Positions 28,210-39,892 of a stretch of DNA of 64,000 nt are shown piece after piece. The translations under genes were made by a program, and so were the position numbers. Below the pieces are notes generated by a model. The model was not told the DNA's origin. It did not search any database and saw only the letters and a list, made by a program, of their open reading frames with translations. Every line of letters starts with the position of its first letter. Within the stretch, counting starts at the first letter, position 1. The DNA is from Actinomycetota bacterium. GTDB taxonomy: Bacteria; Actinomycetota; Actinomycetes; Mycobacteriales; SCTD01. The stretch is taken from positions 14,776 to 78,775 of the forward strand of contig JBKOVB010000056.1 in assembly GCA_046723735.1 (NCBI GenBank), written 5' to 3'.

Positions 28210-28836
28210 TCATGACCCCGAGACGAGGCGCAGATGGGCGCTGGCGGCCGCGTGCTCGTCGTCGCCGGGGAAGACGACCCGCAGGGCACCGCCCGGCAGC
28301 CGGTCGACCACCACGCTCGCGTGGCCGTCGACCAAGGGCGCCTGGGCCAGGCGCTCCCCCGCCACGACGAACAGCAGCACGCCGGTCGCGCTGTCGACGA
28401 GCCGGCCGGTGCCGGCGTCGAGCAGCTCAGCCTCCAGCCGCACCCCCTCGGGGGTGCGTGTCGGGGCAGCCACGGCGACGAGCACGGGCGCCGCGGGCGC
28501 GACCACGACCTGCGGCAGCGGGGCGCTGGACGCCCCCGCGTGACGGCTGTCCCCGTCGTACGACGCGGTGAGGGGGTGGACCCCCGAGGGAAGCCGGACC
28601 CCGCGCAGGTGCGCCCGGCCGTCGGCCTCCATCGTGGCCGAGCCGAGGGGGTGCCCGCCGACGAAGAACGTCACGCGTCCCGTCGGCGTCTCGCCGCCCG
28701 GCCGGACCGCCTGCACGTTGGCTGTGAGGTCGATGGTCTCGCCCTCGGGCAGACCGGCTCGCGAGCTGGACAGCCGCACCAGCGTCGGCGCGGCCCAGCG
28801 GCCGCGGGCGACGATCGGTACGCCGTTGTCGAGCAC
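28210..28836 (-). CDS. tandem Ig-like (Big_3_5-like) domain protein, no signal peptide
   Basis: Two ~90-aa repeats of the pattern GRVTFFVGGHPLGSATM..GRAHL...LPSGVHPLTASYDGD and GVLLFVVAGERLAQAPLVDGHASVVV..LPGG. Start placed at the GTG at 28836, preceded by GGGAGGGA; the track start at 28926 adds an Arg/Pro-rich leader. Confidence 0.65.
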   Translation of the reverse strand: MLDNGVPIVARGRWAAPTLVRLSSSRAGLPEGETIDLTANVQAVRPGGETPTGRVTFFVGGHPLGSATMEADGRAHLRGVRLPSGVHPLTASYDGDSRHAGASSAPLPQVVVAPAAPVLVAVAAPTRTPEGVRLEAELLDAGTGRLVDSATGVLLFVVAGERLAQAPLVDGHASVVVDRLPGGALRVVFPGDDEHAAASAHLRLVSGS

Positions 28837-28937
28837 CCGTCTCCCTCCCGGAGGCCGCGCCTCCCCCGGGGGCGAGCGTCGCTCCTCTGGACGAACCGGA
28901 CAACCGAGATGTCGGCAGCCTGACACTGGCGCCGCGG

Positions 28938-29756
28938 TCAGGTTGCGGTGGCCGCCAGCCCGCTAGCGCCGCCGTCCGCGGCGGTCAGGACCCAGGGCCC
29001 GTCGGGGGTCACGGCCACGGTGTGCTCCCAGTGGGCCGCCTGCAGGCCGTCGGCCGTGACGACGGTCCACGCGTCGTCCAGCACCGTGGTCTCCGGTTCA
29101 CCCAGCGTCACCATCGGCTCGACAGCGAGCACGACGCCCACGTCGAGCGGCATGCCTCGGCCGGGCCCCTGCGGAGCGACGTTCGGCACGTACGGCGGTT
29201 CGTGCATCGCGCGGCCGATGCCGTGGCCGGTGTAGTCCTCGAGCAGCCCGTAGCCGTGCGGCCGCACCACTGCCTCCACCGCGGCACCCAGGTCGGACAG
29301 CCGGCCTCCCGGCCGGGCCGCGCGCAGCGCTGCCCAGAGGCTCTGCTCCGCCACCACGTTCAGGGCCAGCAGCTCGGGAGCGCACTCCCCGACCGGCACG
29401 GTCACCGCCGCGTCGCCGTGCCAGCCGTCGACGATCGCACCGAAGTCGATCGAGCAGAGCTCGCCCTCGGCCAGCACCCGGTCGCCGGGCACCCCGTGCA
29501 CCACCTCCGCGCCCACGGAGGCGCAGATGACCGCGGGGAAGGGCGGCACGCCGTACCCGAGGAAGCTCGATGAGGCCCCGCGGCGCTCCAACACGTCGCG
29601 GGCCACCCGGTCGAGGGCCTCGGTCGTGATCCCGGGCTTCACGGCGGCGGTCATGGCCTCGAGCGCCTCGGCGACCACCACCCCGGCCCTGCGCATCGCC
29701 CGGACGTCGTCCGGCGACTTCAGGGTGACGCCACGGGGCCTGCGCTGCCGGCGCAC
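28938..29756 (-). CDS. map: type I methionyl aminopeptidase
   Basis: Metal-ligand context (SIDFGAIVDGWHGDAA, HGIGRAMHE, LAVEPM, HWEHTV). Start is the GTG at 29756 or the GTG at 29729. Confidence 0.9.
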   Translation of the reverse strand: MRRQRRPRGVTLKSPDDVRAMRRAGVVVAEALEAMTAAVKPGITTEALDRVARDVLERRGASSSFLGYGVPPFPAVICASVGAEVVHGVPGDRVLAEGELCSIDFGAIVDGWHGDAAVTVPVGECAPELLALNVVAEQSLWAALRAARPGGRLSDLGAAVEAVVRPHGYGLLEDYTGHGIGRAMHEPPYVPNVAPQGPGRGMPLDVGVVLAVEPMVTLGEPETTVLDDAWTVVTADGLQAAHWEHTVAVTPDGPWVLTAADGGASGLAATAT

Positions 29757-29759
29757 CGG

Positions 29760-30419
29760 TCAGGTCCGGGGCTGGAGGGGCCGCAGCGCGTCGATGGCCC
29801 GCTGCGTCACGTCGTCCACCGGGCCGGTGGCGTCGATGCCCACGAGCAGCCCGCGGCCCGCGTAGTAGTTGACGAGCGGCGCGGTGGCCTGGGCGTAGAC
29901 GTGGAGCCGGTTCGCGATCGTCTCGGCTCGGTCGTCCTCGCGCTGGTAGAGCTCGCCGCCGTCGATGTCGCACACGCCCGGCACCTTCGGCGGGTCGAAG
30001 TCGACGTGCCAGATGTGGTTGCAGGACCGGCAGGTACGGCGGCCGGACAGCCGACGGATCACCTCGTCGTCGTCGACGACCAGCTCGAGCACCACGTCGA
30101 GCTTGTTGCCCGCCTCGGCGAGCAGGTCGTCGAGCACCTGGGCCTGTGGCACCGTGCGGGGGAACCCGTCGAGCAGGAAGCCCTCGGCCGCGTCGTCCTC
30201 CGCCAGGCGGTCACGCACCATGTCCACGGTGACGTCGTCAGGGACCAGGTCGCCACGGTCCATGTACGCCTTGGCCTTCAGCCCCAGGGGCGTCCCCTGG
30301 CTGACGTTGGCGCGGAAGATGTCACCGGTCGAGATCTGCGGGATCCCGAGGTGCTCCGCGATGTACTGGGCCTGCGTCCCCTTCCCCGCTCCGGGGGGCC
30401 CGACCAGGACGAGGCGCAC
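29760..30419 (-). CDS. adk: adenylate kinase
   Basis: [18 protein letters not shown]-loop, with a Cys4 lid (CRSCNHIW...CDIDG). The GTG start shares 1 nt with the secY stop (TAGTG). Confidence 0.95.
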   Translation of the reverse strand: MRLVLVGPPGAGKGTQAQYIAEHLGIPQISTGDIFRANVSQGTPLGLKAKAYMDRGDLVPDDVTVDMVRDRLAEDDAAEGFLLDGFPRTVPQAQVLDDLLAEAGNKLDVVLELVVDDDEVIRRLSGRRTCRSCNHIWHVDFDPPKVPGVCDIDGGELYQREDDRAETIANRLHVYAQATAPLVNYYAGRGLLVGIDATGPVDDVTQRAIDALRPLQPRT

Positions 30420-31711
30420 TACCTCAAGAAGCCTTCGTAGTTGCGCAGCATGAGCTGGCTCTCGATCTGCTTCACGGTCTCCAGGCCGACGCCGACGATG
30501 ATGAGGACGGCCGTGCCTCCGAAGGGGATGCGGTTGGCGCCGGCAGTCAGGTTGAACAGCACCAGCGGTAGCACGGCCACGAGGCCGAGGTAGAGCGCGC
30601 CGAAGGCGGTCACGCGCGACAGGATGTAGTCGAGGTACTCCGCGGTGGCCCGCCCCGGTCTGATACCGGGCACGAAGCCGCCGTACTTCTTCATGTTGTC
30701 GGAGACCTCGACCGGGTTGAACGTGATCGCGACGTAGAAGTACGTGAAGAAGATGATCAGCCCGAAGTAGAGCAGCAGGTAGAGCGGATGGTCGCCGCGG
30801 GTGAGATATCGGTCGACGAACTTCTGCAACCCCTCGTTGGTCCAGACGTTGCGGAGCAGGCTGGGCAGGTAAAGCAGCGAGCTCGCGAAGATGACGGGGA
30901 TGACGCCGGCCTGGTTGACCTTGAGCGGAATGTAGGTGCTGGTCCCGCCGTACATCCTGCGGCCGATCATCCGCTTCGCGTACTGCACCGGGATGCGCCG
31001 CTGGGCCTGCTCGACGAACACCACGAGGGTGATCACCACCAGGGCGAGCAGCGCGATCGCGACCAGCTTGAAGCCGCCACGGGGCTGGTGGACGATCCGG
31101 CTCACCTGGGCCGGCATCGACGAGATGATCGAGGTGAAGATCAGCACCGACATGCCGTTGCCGATGCCACGGTCGGTGATGAGCTCGCCGAGCCACATGA
31201 TCACGGCGGTGCCGGCCGTCAGGGTGATGATGATGACGCCGATCCGGACCAGGCTCTCGTCCGGGATGATCTTCTCGTTGCAGCCCTGGATGAGGTTGCC
31301 GGAGCGGGCCAGCGCCACGATGCCGGTCGACTGCAGCACGGCCAGCGCCACGGTGAGGTAGCGGGTGTACTGCGTCAGCTTGGCCTGGCCGGACTGGCCC
31401 TCCTCCTTGAGCGACTCGAGCCGGGGGATCACCACGATCAGGAGCTGGATGATGATCGAGCTCGTGATGTACGGCATGATCCCGAGCGCGAACACGCTCA
31501 GCTGAAGCAGCGCGCCGCCGCTGAACAGGTTGATGAGGCCGTAGAGGCTGTTGTCCTTGACCTGGTCGAGGCAGGTCTGGATCGCGACGTACGAGACACC
31601 CGGGGCCGGGACCACCGAGCCGAGCCGGTAGATGCCGATCATCGCCAGCGTGAAGAGCAGCTTCCGGCGCAGGTCAGGCGTCCGGAAGGCCCTGCCGAAG
31701 GCGCTGAGCAC
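30419..31711 (-). CDS. secY: preprotein translocase subunit SecY
   Basis: 430-aa polytopic protein with a conserved SecY sequence. Confidence 0.95.
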   Translation of the reverse strand: MLSAFGRAFRTPDLRRKLLFTLAMIGIYRLGSVVPAPGVSYVAIQTCLDQVKDNSLYGLINLFSGGALLQLSVFALGIMPYITSSIIIQLLIVVIPRLESLKEEGQSGQAKLTQYTRYLTVALAVLQSTGIVALARSGNLIQGCNEKIIPDESLVRIGVIIITLTAGTAVIMWLGELITDRGIGNGMSVLIFTSIISSMPAQVSRIVHQPRGGFKLVAIALLALVVITLVVFVEQAQRRIPVQYAKRMIGRRMYGGTSTYIPLKVNQAGVIPVIFASSLLYLPSLLRNVWTNEGLQKFVDRYLTRGDHPLYLLLYFGLIIFFTYFYVAITFNPVEVSDNMKKYGGFVPGIRPGRATAEYLDYILSRVTAFGALYLGLVAVLPLVLFNLTAGANRIPFGGTAVLIIVGVGLETVKQIESQLMLRNYEGFLR

Positions 31712-31866
31712 GGGTCCTCCTGGCGTGCGTCCCGCGAGCGGGACGGGTCGGTGGGTGAGTGACGGTGCGGTGTCTCGTCCAGGCGTCCGTCCGGGGTGCC
31801 GGACGGCGGCTGCCGTGGCAGGGACTCTAACAGTCGCCGGGTCGAGGGCCGAGCGTCGCCGGGACG

Positions 31867-31904
31867 CCGAGGGCCGTCGTACCGGCTGGTACGACGGCCC
31901 TCGG
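31867..31904 (-). terminator. 17-bp perfect hairpin between rplO and secY
   Basis: CCGAGGGCCGTCGTACC-ggct-GGTACGACGGCCCTCGG. Confidence 0.5.
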
Positions 31905-31935
31905 GCGTCTCAGCGCGGCCTGCGGCCGCTCCGGG

Positions 31936-32382
31936 CTACAGCGTGGTGGCGGACCCGCCGGCGGCCGCGATCTTCTCCTTGGCCGAGGCCGAGAACGCGT
32001 GCGCCGTGATGTCCAGCTTGACGGCCAGCTCGCCGCCGCCGAGCACCTTCACGAGGCTGTTGTCGCGGACCGCGCCCTTGGCGACGAGGTCCTCGACACC
32101 TACGGTGCCGCCCTGCGGGAACAGCTCGGCCACGCGGTCCAGGTTGACGACCTGGTACTCAGTGCGGAACCGGTTCGTGAAGCCCTTGAGCTTGGGCAGC
32201 CGCATGTGCAGCGGCATCTGCCCGCCCTCGAAGGCGGCCGGCACCTGGTAGCGGGCCTTGGTGCCCTTGGTGCCGCGACCGGCGGTCTTGCCCTTGCTGG
32301 CCTCACCACGACCGACGCGCGTCTTGGCGGTCTTCGCGCCGGGCGCGGGGCGGAGGTGGTGGACCTTGAGGGGGCTGCTCAT
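31936..32382 (-). CDS. rplO: 50S ribosomal protein L15
   Basis: Conserved L15 ([21 protein letters not shown]). Confidence 0.95.
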   Translation of the reverse strand: MSSPLKVHHLRPAPGAKTAKTRVGRGEASKGKTAGRGTKGTKARYQVPAAFEGGQMPLHMRLPKLKGFTNRFRTEYQVVNLDRVAELFPQGGTVGVEDLVAKGAVRDNSLVKVLGGGELAVKLDITAHAFSASAKEKIAAAGGSATTL

Positions 32383-32385
32383 CGC

Positions 32386-32568
32386 TTACTCGACCTCCTC
32401 GACCGTCACGAGGTGGGTGACGGTCGCGACCATCCCGCGGATCTCGGGACGGTCCTCCTTGACGACGGTGTCGTTGATCCGCTTGAGGCCGAGCGTCCGC
32501 AGCGTGTCGCGCTGGTTCTGCTTGCCCCCGATCCCCGACTTGACCTGGGTGACCTTCAGCCGGCTCAT
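32386..32568 (-). CDS. rpmD: 50S ribosomal protein L30
   Basis: 60 aa within a longer track ORF: [28 protein letters not shown]. Confidence 0.9.
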   Translation of the reverse strand: MSRLKVTQVKSGIGGKQNQRDTLRTLGLKRINDTVVKEDRPEIRGMVATVTHLVTVEEVE

Positions 32569-32570
32569 GC

Positions 32571-33212
32571 TCAGCTCCCTACGGCGGCGGCGGGGGCCGA
32601 CGCCGCAGCGGCAGCCCGGGCCCGCAGCATGGCGGCCGGCGCGACGTCCTCCAGCGGGAGGCCGCGGCGAGCCGCGATCTCCTCGGGACGCACGAGGCCC
32701 TGCAGGGCCGCGACGGTCGCGTGGACGATGTTGATCGGGTTCGACGACCCCAGCGACTTGCTCAGCACGTCGTGGATGCCGGCGCACTCGAGCACGGCAC
32801 GCACCGGGCCACCGGCGATGACACCGGTACCGGGGCTGGCCGGCTTGAGCAGCACGACTCCGGCGGCCGCCTCGCCCTGCACCGGGTGCGGGATCGTGGC
32901 GCCGATGCGCGGCACGCGGAAGAAGTGCTTCTTGGCCTCCTCCACGCCCTTGGCGATGGCGGCCGGCACCTCCTTGGCCTTGCCGTAGCCGACGCCGACC
33001 TGACCCTCGCCGTCGCCCACCACGACCAGCGCGGTGAAGCTGAAGCGACGACCACCCTTCACGACCTTGGCGACGCGGTTGATCGCGACGACGCGCTCGA
33101 TGTGCGGGCTCTTCTCGGGAGCCGCGCCACCACGACCGCCGCGACCGCCCTCGCGGCGCTCGCCCTGGGCACCGCCCTGAGCCGTGCCGCCTCGGCGCTG
33201 CTGTCCGGGCAT
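32571..33212 (-). CDS. rpsE: 30S ribosomal protein S5
   Basis: Gly/Arg-rich N-terminus followed by [22 protein letters not shown] at 33212. Confidence 0.95.
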   Translation of the reverse strand: MPGQQRRGGTAQGGAQGERREGGRGGRGGAAPEKSPHIERVVAINRVAKVVKGGRRFSFTALVVVGDGEGQVGVGYGKAKEVPAAIAKGVEEAKKHFFRVPRIGATIPHPVQGEAAAGVVLLKPASPGTGVIAGGPVRAVLECAGIHDVLSKSLGSSNPINIVHATVAALQGLVRPEEIAARRGLPLEDVAPAAMLRARAAAAASAPAAAVGS

Positions 33213-33258
33213 CAGACGTTCCTCTTCTCGGTCTTCTTCACGGGCTGCGTGGTGGTCA

Positions 33259-33633
33259 TCAGAACTCCAGGCCGTTCTCGCGGGCCGCGTCCGCCAGGGC
33301 GGCGATCCGACCGGCGTACTTGTTGCCGCCCCGGTCGAAGACGACCTTGTCGATGCCCTTCTCCTTGGCGCGCGTGGCCAGGAGCGCACCCACCTTGCGG
33401 GCCTGCTCGGACTTGTCGCCCTTCTCCGCCGTACCGCGGATGCTGGCGTCGAGCGTGGACGCGCTGACCAGGGTGTGGCCCTGCAGGTCGTCCACCACCT
33501 GCGCGGTGATGTGCCGCGACGAGCGGGTGACGACGAGACGCGGACGAGCCGGCGTGCCGGACACCTTCTTGCGGATGCGGAAGTGCCGGCGAGCCCGGCC
33601 CAGACGCCGCTGCGTCGAGATGTCAGCCATCAC
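33259..33633 (-). CDS. rplR: 50S ribosomal protein L18
   Basis: [28 protein letters not shown]. Start is the GTG at 33633 (GTGA overlap) or the ATG at 33630. Confidence 0.95.
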   Translation of the reverse strand: MMADISTQRRLGRARRHFRIRKKVSGTPARPRLVVTRSSRHITAQVVDDLQGHTLVSASTLDASIRGTAEKGDKSEQARKVGALLATRAKEKGIDKVVFDRGGNKYAGRIAALADAARENGLEF

Positions 33634-34181
33634 TTACCCGTCTTTCCGACCTTGAGCTTGATGTGCTCGCCCTCGTAGCGCACGCCCTTGCCCTTGTACG
33701 GGTCGGGCTTGCGCAGCTTGCGGATGTTGGCCGCGACCTCGCCGACCTTCTGCTTGTCGATGCCCTTGACCACGAACTTCGTGGGCGACTGCACCTCGAA
33801 GGTGATGCCCTCTGGCGCCGGGACCGGCACCGGGTGGCTGTAGCCGAGCGCGAACTCGAGGTCGGAGCCCTTGGCGGCGACGCGGTAGCCGACGCCACGG
33901 ATCTCCATGGCCTTGACGTAGCCCTCGGTCACACCGACGACCATGTTGTTGACGAGCGTCCGGGTCAGCCCGTGCAGGCTGCGGCTGGCGCGCTCGTCGT
34001 CGGGACGAGAAACGATCAGCGTGCCGACGCCGTCGTCGCCGACGGTCCTCTCGACGCGGATGGGCTCGCTGACGACGTGCGTGAGCGTGCCCTTGGGGCC
34101 CTTCACGGTCACGGTCTGACCGTCGAGGGTCACCTCGACGCCGCTCGGGACCGGGATGGGCAGGCGACCGATGCGAGACAT
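33630..34181 (-). CDS. rplF: 50S ribosomal protein L6
   Basis: [17 protein letters not shown] is conserved L6. Confidence 0.95.
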   Translation of the reverse strand: MSRIGRLPIPVPSGVEVTLDGQTVTVKGPKGTLTHVVSEPIRVERTVGDDGVGTLIVSRPDDERASRSLHGLTRTLVNNMVVGVTEGYVKAMEIRGVGYRVAAKGSDLEFALGYSHPVPVPAPEGITFEVQSPTKFVVKGIDKQKVGEVAANIRKLRKPDPYKGKGVRYEGEHIKLKVGKTGK

Positions 34182-34193
34182 GTGGCAGGCCTC

Positions 34194-34592
34194 CTAGTAG
34201 ACGTAGGCGAGGACTTCCCCACCCACGCCCCTCTTGTTGGCCTGGCGGTCGGTCAGCAGGCCGCTCGACGTCGAGATGATCGCGACGCCGAGGCCGCCGA
34301 GGACCTTGGGGAGGTTGCCGGCCTTCGCGTACACGCGCAGGCCTGGCTTGGAAACGCGGCGGACGCCCGCGATGGAGCGCTCGCGGTTGGGGCCGTACTT
34401 GAGGTCGATGACGAGGACCTTGCCCTTGTCACCCTCCTCGACGTGCCACGCCGCGATGTAGCCCTCCTGCTGGAGGATCTCCGCAATGCCGGTCTTGATC
34501 TTGCTGTGCGGCATGCTGACGGTCTCGTGGTACGCCGCGTTGGCGTTCCGCACGCGGGTCAGCATGTCCGCGATCGGGTCGGTCATGGTCAT
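34194..34592 (-). CDS. rpsH: 30S ribosomal protein S8
   Basis: [17 protein letters not shown]. Start trimmed to the ATG at 34592. Confidence 0.95.
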   Translation of the reverse strand: MTMTDPIADMLTRVRNANAAYHETVSMPHSKIKTGIAEILQQEGYIAAWHVEEGDKGKVLVIDLKYGPNRERSIAGVRRVSKPGLRVYAKAGNLPKVLGGLGVAIISTSSGLLTDRQANKRGVGGEVLAYVY

Positions 34593-34658
34593 GTCAGGCC
34601 GGTGGCCTTTCCCGTCGTGGTCCCCCAGCACGCTGGGGCCTGCGACGAAGAGGGATGG

Positions 34659-34844
34659 TTACCAGGAGGACTTGGTGACGCCGGGCAGCTCGCCGGCGTG
34701 CGCGAGCTCTCGCACGCAGATGCGGCAGAGCCCGAAGGCACGGAACACGGCGCGCGGACGGCCGCAGCGGTTGCAGCGGGTGTAGCCGCGCACCTTGAAC
34801 TTGGGCTTGCGGGCCGCCTTCTCGACGAGCGCCTTCTTCGCCAT
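34659..34844 (-). CDS. rpsN: 30S ribosomal protein S14 type Z (Zn-binding)
   Basis: 61 aa: [43 protein letters not shown]. Confidence 0.9.
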   Translation of the reverse strand: MAKKALVEKAARKPKFKVRGYTRCNRCGRPRAVFRAFGLCRICVRELAHAGELPGVTKSSW

Positions 34845-34846
34845 CT

Positions 34847-35407
34847 CTACTGCTCCTTGAAGGGGAAGCCGAGCGCCCGCAGGAGCGCGCGACCCTCGTC
34901 GTCGGTGGCCGCCGTCGTGACGACGGTGATGTCCATACCGCGGGCGCGGTCGACCTTGTCCACGTCGATCTCGTGGAACATGGACTGCTCCGTCAGACCG
35001 AACGTGTAGTTGCCGTTGCCGTCGAACTGCTTCGGCGACAGGCCGCGGAAGTCGCGGATGCGGGGCAGCGAGAGCGTGACCAGGCGGTCGAGGAACTCCC
35101 ACATGCGGTCGCCCCGCAGCGTGACCTTGGCGCCGATCGGCATGCCCTCGCGCAGCTTGAACTGCGCGATGGACTTGGTCGCCCGGCGCAGCTGCGGCTT
35201 CTGGCCGGTGATGGCCGTGAGGTCGCGCAGGGCGCCGTCGATCAGCTTGGAGTCCTTGGCGGCGTCGCCGACACCCATGTTCACGACGACCTTGACGACA
35301 CCCGGGACCTGCATCGGGTTGGCGTAGGAGAACTGCTCGGTCAGGGCCGCGCGGATCTCGTTGCGGTAGCGCTCCTTGAGGCGGGGCGCAGCGGTGGCGG
35401 TCGTCAT
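34847..35407 (-). CDS. rplE: 50S ribosomal protein L5
   Basis: Conserved L5 ([18 protein letters not shown]). Confidence 0.95.
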   Translation of the reverse strand: MTTATAAPRLKERYRNEIRAALTEQFSYANPMQVPGVVKVVVNMGVGDAAKDSKLIDGALRDLTAITGQKPQLRRATKSIAQFKLREGMPIGAKVTLRGDRMWEFLDRLVTLSLPRIRDFRGLSPKQFDGNGNYTFGLTEQSMFHEIDVDKVDRARGMDITVVTTAATDDEGRALLRALGFPFKEQ

Positions 35408-35408
35408 G

Positions 35409-35750
35409 TCAGATGTCTCCGTTGCAGCGCCGGCAGATCCGGACGCTGTGCGTCTTGCCGTTGGCGTCCGGCTCGCTGCGGCGGTGGCCGACCCGGCTGG
35501 GCTTGCCGCACGAGGGGCACACGACCTGCACGTTGCTCACGTGCACGGGAGCCTCCTGCGTGACGATGCCGCCCTGCTGGGAGCCGCGCGCCGACTGCGT
35601 GATCTTGGTGTGCTTCTTGATGCGGTTGGCACCCTCGACGAGGACCCGGTTGCTCGCGGGGTCGGCCAGGATGACCTTGCCCTTGAGGCCCTTGTCCTTG
35701 CCGGCGATGACCTGGACGGTGTCGCCCTTCTTCACGAAGAGGCCGGCCAT
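35409..35750 (-). CDS. rplX: 50S ribosomal protein L24 with C-terminal CxxC...CxxC motif
   Basis: [23 protein letters not shown] motif. C-terminus is [16 protein letters not shown]...[11 protein letters not shown]. Confidence 0.95.
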   Translation of the reverse strand: MAGLFVKKGDTVQVIAGKDKGLKGKVILADPASNRVLVEGANRIKKHTKITQSARGSQQGGIVTQEAPVHVSNVQVVCPSCGKPSRVGHRRSEPDANGKTHSVRICRRCNGDI

Positions 35751-35752
35751 GG

Positions 35753-36121
35753 CTACAGCACCTCCGGAGCGAGCGAGATGATCTTCATGAACCGCTTGTC
35801 GCGCAGCTCGCGGCCGACCGGGCCGAAGATGCGGGTGCCGCGCGGGTCCCCACCGTCCTTGATGAGCACCGCGGCGTTCTCGTCGAAGCGGATGTAGCTG
35901 CCGTCGGGACGACGACGCTCCTTGACGGTCCTGACGACGACGGCCTTGACGACGTCACCCTTCTTCACGCCGGCGCCCGGGATGGCGTCCTTGACGGTGC
36001 AGACGATGATGTCGCCGATGCCGGCGTAGCGACGGCTGGAACCGCCGAGCACGCGGATGCAGAGGACTTCCTTCGCACCCGTGTTGTCGGCGACGCGCAG
36101 TCGCGACTCCTGCTGGATCAC
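35753..36121 (-). CDS. rplN: 50S ribosomal protein L14
   Basis: (V)[29 protein letters not shown] start at 36121. Confidence 0.95.
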   Translation of the reverse strand: MIQQESRLRVADNTGAKEVLCIRVLGGSSRRYAGIGDIIVCTVKDAIPGAGVKKGDVVKAVVVRTVKERRRPDGSYIRFDENAAVLIKDGGDPRGTRIFGPVGRELRDKRFMKIISLAPEVL

Positions 36122-36219
36122 TTCTGTCTCCTGGTGTGAACCCCGTATCCCCGTCTCCGGGGACGCGGGCTCTCGAGTGGGTCTAGCGCCTTCGGCGTAA
36201 GGCCGGTGCTGCGGGTCTC

Positions 36220-36501
36220 CTACTTCGCCTTCTCGAGGATCTCGACGACGCGCCAGCGCTTGCTGGCCGACAGGGGTCGGGTCTCCATGAGGAGGACCCG
36301 GTCGCCGATGCCGCAGGAGTTCTGCTCGTCGTGCGCCTTGAGCTTGCTGGTGCGACGCAGCGTCTTCTTGTACAGCGGGTGCTGCACGCGGTCCTCGACG
36401 GCCACGACCACGGTCTTGTCCATCTTGTCGCTGACGACGAGGCCCTCGCGGGTCTTGCGGAAGCCGCGCTCTTCGGTGCTCACGTTCTTGCCCTCGGTCA
36501 T
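36220..36501 (-). CDS. rpsQ: 30S ribosomal protein S17
   Basis: Conserved S17 ([18 protein letters not shown]). ATGA overlap with rpmC. Confidence 0.95.
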   Translation of the reverse strand: MTEGKNVSTEERGFRKTREGLVVSDKMDKTVVVAVEDRVQHPLYKKTLRRTSKLKAHDEQNSCGIGDRVLLMETRPLSASKRWRVVEILEKAK

Positions 36502-36722
36502 GCGGCACCGCCCGTACGGACGATGCCGAGCTCGCGCTCGCGCATCACGGTGTAGATGCGAGCGATGTCGCGCCGCACGGTCTGCAGGCGACGGTTGTTG
36601 TCCAGCTGGCCGGTGGCCACCTGGAATCGGAGGTTGAACAGCTCCTCCTTGGCCTCGCGCAGCTTCGTGACGAGCTCCTCGTCACCCAGCTCGCGCAGCG
36701 CGTCGGTCCGGCTGTCGGCCAT
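36498..36722 (-). CDS. rpmC: 50S ribosomal protein L29
   Basis: [20 protein letters not shown]. The ATG at 36722 shares 1 nt with the rplP stop. Confidence 0.9.
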   Translation of the reverse strand: MADSRTDALRELGDEELVTKLREAKEELFNLRFQVATGQLDNNRRLQTVRRDIARIYTVMRERELGIVRTGGAA

Positions 36723-37138
36723 CAGTGACCCTCCTCCCGGACGACGAAGCGGCACTTCATCGGCAGCTTGTGCATGGCACGGCGCATGGCCTCACGAGCG
36801 AGCGGCTCCGGCGGACCCGCGAGCTCGAACAGGATGCGCCCCGGCTTGACGTTTGCGACCCACCACTCGGGCGAGCCCTTGCCGGAGCCCATGCGGGTCT
36901 CGGCGGGCTTCTTGGTGAGCGGGCGGTCCGGGTAGATGTTGATCCAGACCTTTCCACCACGCCGGATGTGGCGCGTCATGGCGATACGGGCCGACTCGAT
37001 CTGGCGGTTGGTCACGTACGCCGGCTCCAGCGCCTGGATGCCGTACGTGCCGAACGCCAGCTCGGTGCCGCCCTTCGACACGCCGCTGCGGTCCGGGTGG
37101 TGCTGCTTGCGGTGCTTGACCCTGCGGGGGATCAGCAT
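36722..37138 (-). CDS. rplP: 50S ribosomal protein L16
   Basis: [13 protein letters not shown] is conserved L16. Product is 138 aa. Confidence 0.95.
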   Translation of the reverse strand: MLIPRRVKHRKQHHPDRSGVSKGGTELAFGTYGIQALEPAYVTNRQIESARIAMTRHIRRGGKVWINIYPDRPLTKKPAETRMGSGKGSPEWWVANVKPGRILFELAGPPEPLAREAMRRAMHKLPMKCRFVVREEGH

Positions 37139-37140
37139 GG

Positions 37141-38024
<884 letters not shown>

Positions 38025-38025
<1 letters not shown>

Positions 38026-38432
38026 TAGAGGGCCCCGCCCTTCGTGTTGCCGGCGGCGGCAGAGGCGACAGCGCTCTGCACGACGACCGTGATGTGGCTG
38101 GTGCGCTTGCGGATGCGGTAGGCCCGCCCCTGCGCCCGGGGGCGGAAGCGCTTGAGGGTCGGACCCTCGTCGACGTAGGCCTGCGCGACGAACAGGTCAC
38201 GCCGGTCAAGGTTCTTGTTGTTCTCGGCGTTGGCCACCGCGGAGGCCAGCACCTTGGCGACCGGCTCGGACGCGGCGTGCACGTCGAAGCGCAGGATGTC
38301 GAGCGCCTCGTCCACCGGCAGGCCGCGGACGAGGTCGACGACACGGCGGCACTTCATCGGCGTCATGCGCACGAAGCGGGCCGTCGCCAGCGCGGCGTTC
38401 GGCGGCAGGTGCCGGGTCTTGTTCTCAGCCAC
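38025..38432 (-). CDS. rplV: 50S ribosomal protein L22
   Basis: [20 protein letters not shown]. Start placed at the GTG at 38432, an 8-nt overlap with rpsS. Confidence 0.9.
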
Positions 38433-38706
38433 GACGCGACCGCCGATCTTCCTTGACGTGCCCACGGAAGGTGCGGGTGGGCGCGAACTCGCCGAGCTTG
38501 TGGCCGACCATCGCCTCGGTCACGAAGACCGGGACGTGCTTGCGGCCGTCATGGACGGCCAGCGTGTGGCCGAGCATGTCGGGGATGATCGTGGAGCGAC
38601 GCGACCAGGTCTTGATCACGTTCTTGGTGCCCTTCTCGTTCTGCGCGTCCACCTTCTTGAGCAGGTGGTCGTCGACGAAGGGCCCCTTCTTCAGGCTGCG
38701 CGGCAC
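38425..38706 (-). CDS. rpsS: 30S ribosomal protein S19
   Basis: [18 protein letters not shown]. Confidence 0.95.
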   Translation of the reverse strand: MPRSLKKGPFVDDHLLKKVDAQNEKGTKNVIKTWSRRSTIIPDMLGHTLAVHDGRKHVPVFVTEAMVGHKLGEFAPTRTFRGHVKEDRRSRRG

Positions 38707-38715
38707 GTCGTTCCC

Positions 38716-39549
38716 CTAGCGCTTCTTGTTGGTCTTGCGACGGCGGACGATGAGGGCGTCGCTCGCCTTGCGACGACGCGTGCGACCCTCGGGCTTGCCG
38801 GCGGGGTTCACCGGGTGGCGACCACCGCTGGTCTTGCCCTCACCGCCACCGTGCGGGTGGTCGACCGGGTTCATGGCCACACCGCGGACGGTCGGGCGCT
38901 TGCCCTTCCACCGCATGCGGCCGGCCTTGCCCCAGTTGATGTTGCTCTGCTCGGCGTTGCCGACCTCGCCGACGGTGGCGCGGCAGCGCAGGTCGACGTT
39001 GCGGATCTCCCCGGAGGGCATGCGCAGCTGTGCGTAGGGACCGTCCTTCGCGACGAGCTGGACGCTCGTGCCCGCGGAGCGCGCGATCTTGGCGCCGCCC
39101 CCCGGACGGAGCTCGATGGCGTGCACCACCGTACCGGTCGGGATGTTGCGCAGCGGCAGCGCGTTGCCGGGCTTGATGTCGGCGTTCGGGCCGCTCTCGA
39201 CGACGTCGCCCTGCTGCAGGTTGCGCGGCGCGATGATGTAGCGCTTCTCGCCGTCGGCGTAGTGCAGCAGCGCGATGCGCGCGGTGCGGTTGGGGTCGTA
39301 CTCGATGTGCGCGACCTTGGCCGGCACGCCGTCCTTGTCGTTGCGCCGGAAGTCGATGACCCGGTAGGCGCGCTTGTGCCCGCCGCCCTGGTGCCGCGTG
39401 GTCACACGCCCGTAGTTGTTGCGGCCGCCCTTGTTGTGCAGGGGCCGGACCAGCGACTTCTCGGGGGTGTCGCGGGTGATCTCGACGAAGTCGGCCACGC
39501 TCGAGCCACGACGGCCCGGGGTGGTCGGCTTGTACTTGCGGATGCCCAT
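38716..39549 (-). CDS. rplB: 50S ribosomal protein L2
   Basis: [15 protein letters not shown] is conserved L2. Confidence 0.95.
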   Translation of the reverse strand: MGIRKYKPTTPGRRGSSVADFVEITRDTPEKSLVRPLHNKGGRNNYGRVTTRHQGGGHKRAYRVIDFRRNDKDGVPAKVAHIEYDPNRTARIALLHYADGEKRYIIAPRNLQQGDVVESGPNADIKPGNALPLRNIPTGTVVHAIELRPGGGAKIARSAGTSVQLVAKDGPYAQLRMPSGEIRNVDLRCRATVGEVGNAEQSNINWGKAGRMRWKGKRPTVRGVAMNPVDHPHGGGEGKTSGGRHPVNPAGKPEGRTRRRKASDALIVRRRKTNKKR

Positions 39550-39592
39550 GTGGTTTACCAGCCAGTCTCTCGTCTGATTCAGAGCCCGGCCG

Positions 39593-39892
39593 CTAGGCGA
39601 CCGGCCCCCCGAAGATCTCGATGCGGCCCTCGCGCAGCGTCACGACCGCGCGCTTGCTGTCGGCACGCTTGCCGTAGCCCGCACGGGTGCGCTTGCGCTT
39701 GCCCTGACGGTTGAGGGTGTTGACGTCGCTGACCTTCACGTCGAACGCCTTCTCAACCGCGATCTTGATCTGGGTCTTGTTGGCGTCCGGGCGGACGATG
39801 AACGTGTACTTGTTCTCGTCGAGCAGGCCGTAGCTCTTCTCGGAGATGACCGGGGCGAGCAGGATGTCGCGCGGGTCGGTCAGGTCGGTCAC
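39593..39892 (-). CDS. rplW: 50S ribosomal protein L23
   Basis: [19 protein letters not shown] at 39892 forms a GTGA overlap with rplD. Confidence 0.9.
   Translation of the reverse strand: MTDLTDPRDILLAPVISEKSYGLLDENKYTFIVRPDANKTQIKIAVEKAFDVKVSDVNTLNRQGKRKRTRAGYGKRADSKRAVVTLREGRIEIFGGPVA

Noticed and set aside
28234-28923. 229-aa plus-strand ORF opposite the Ig-like gene.
   Set aside because: It has the Arg/Gly/His-rich composition typical of the antisense frame. The minus-strand frame shows two recognisable Ig-like repeats and a strong SD.
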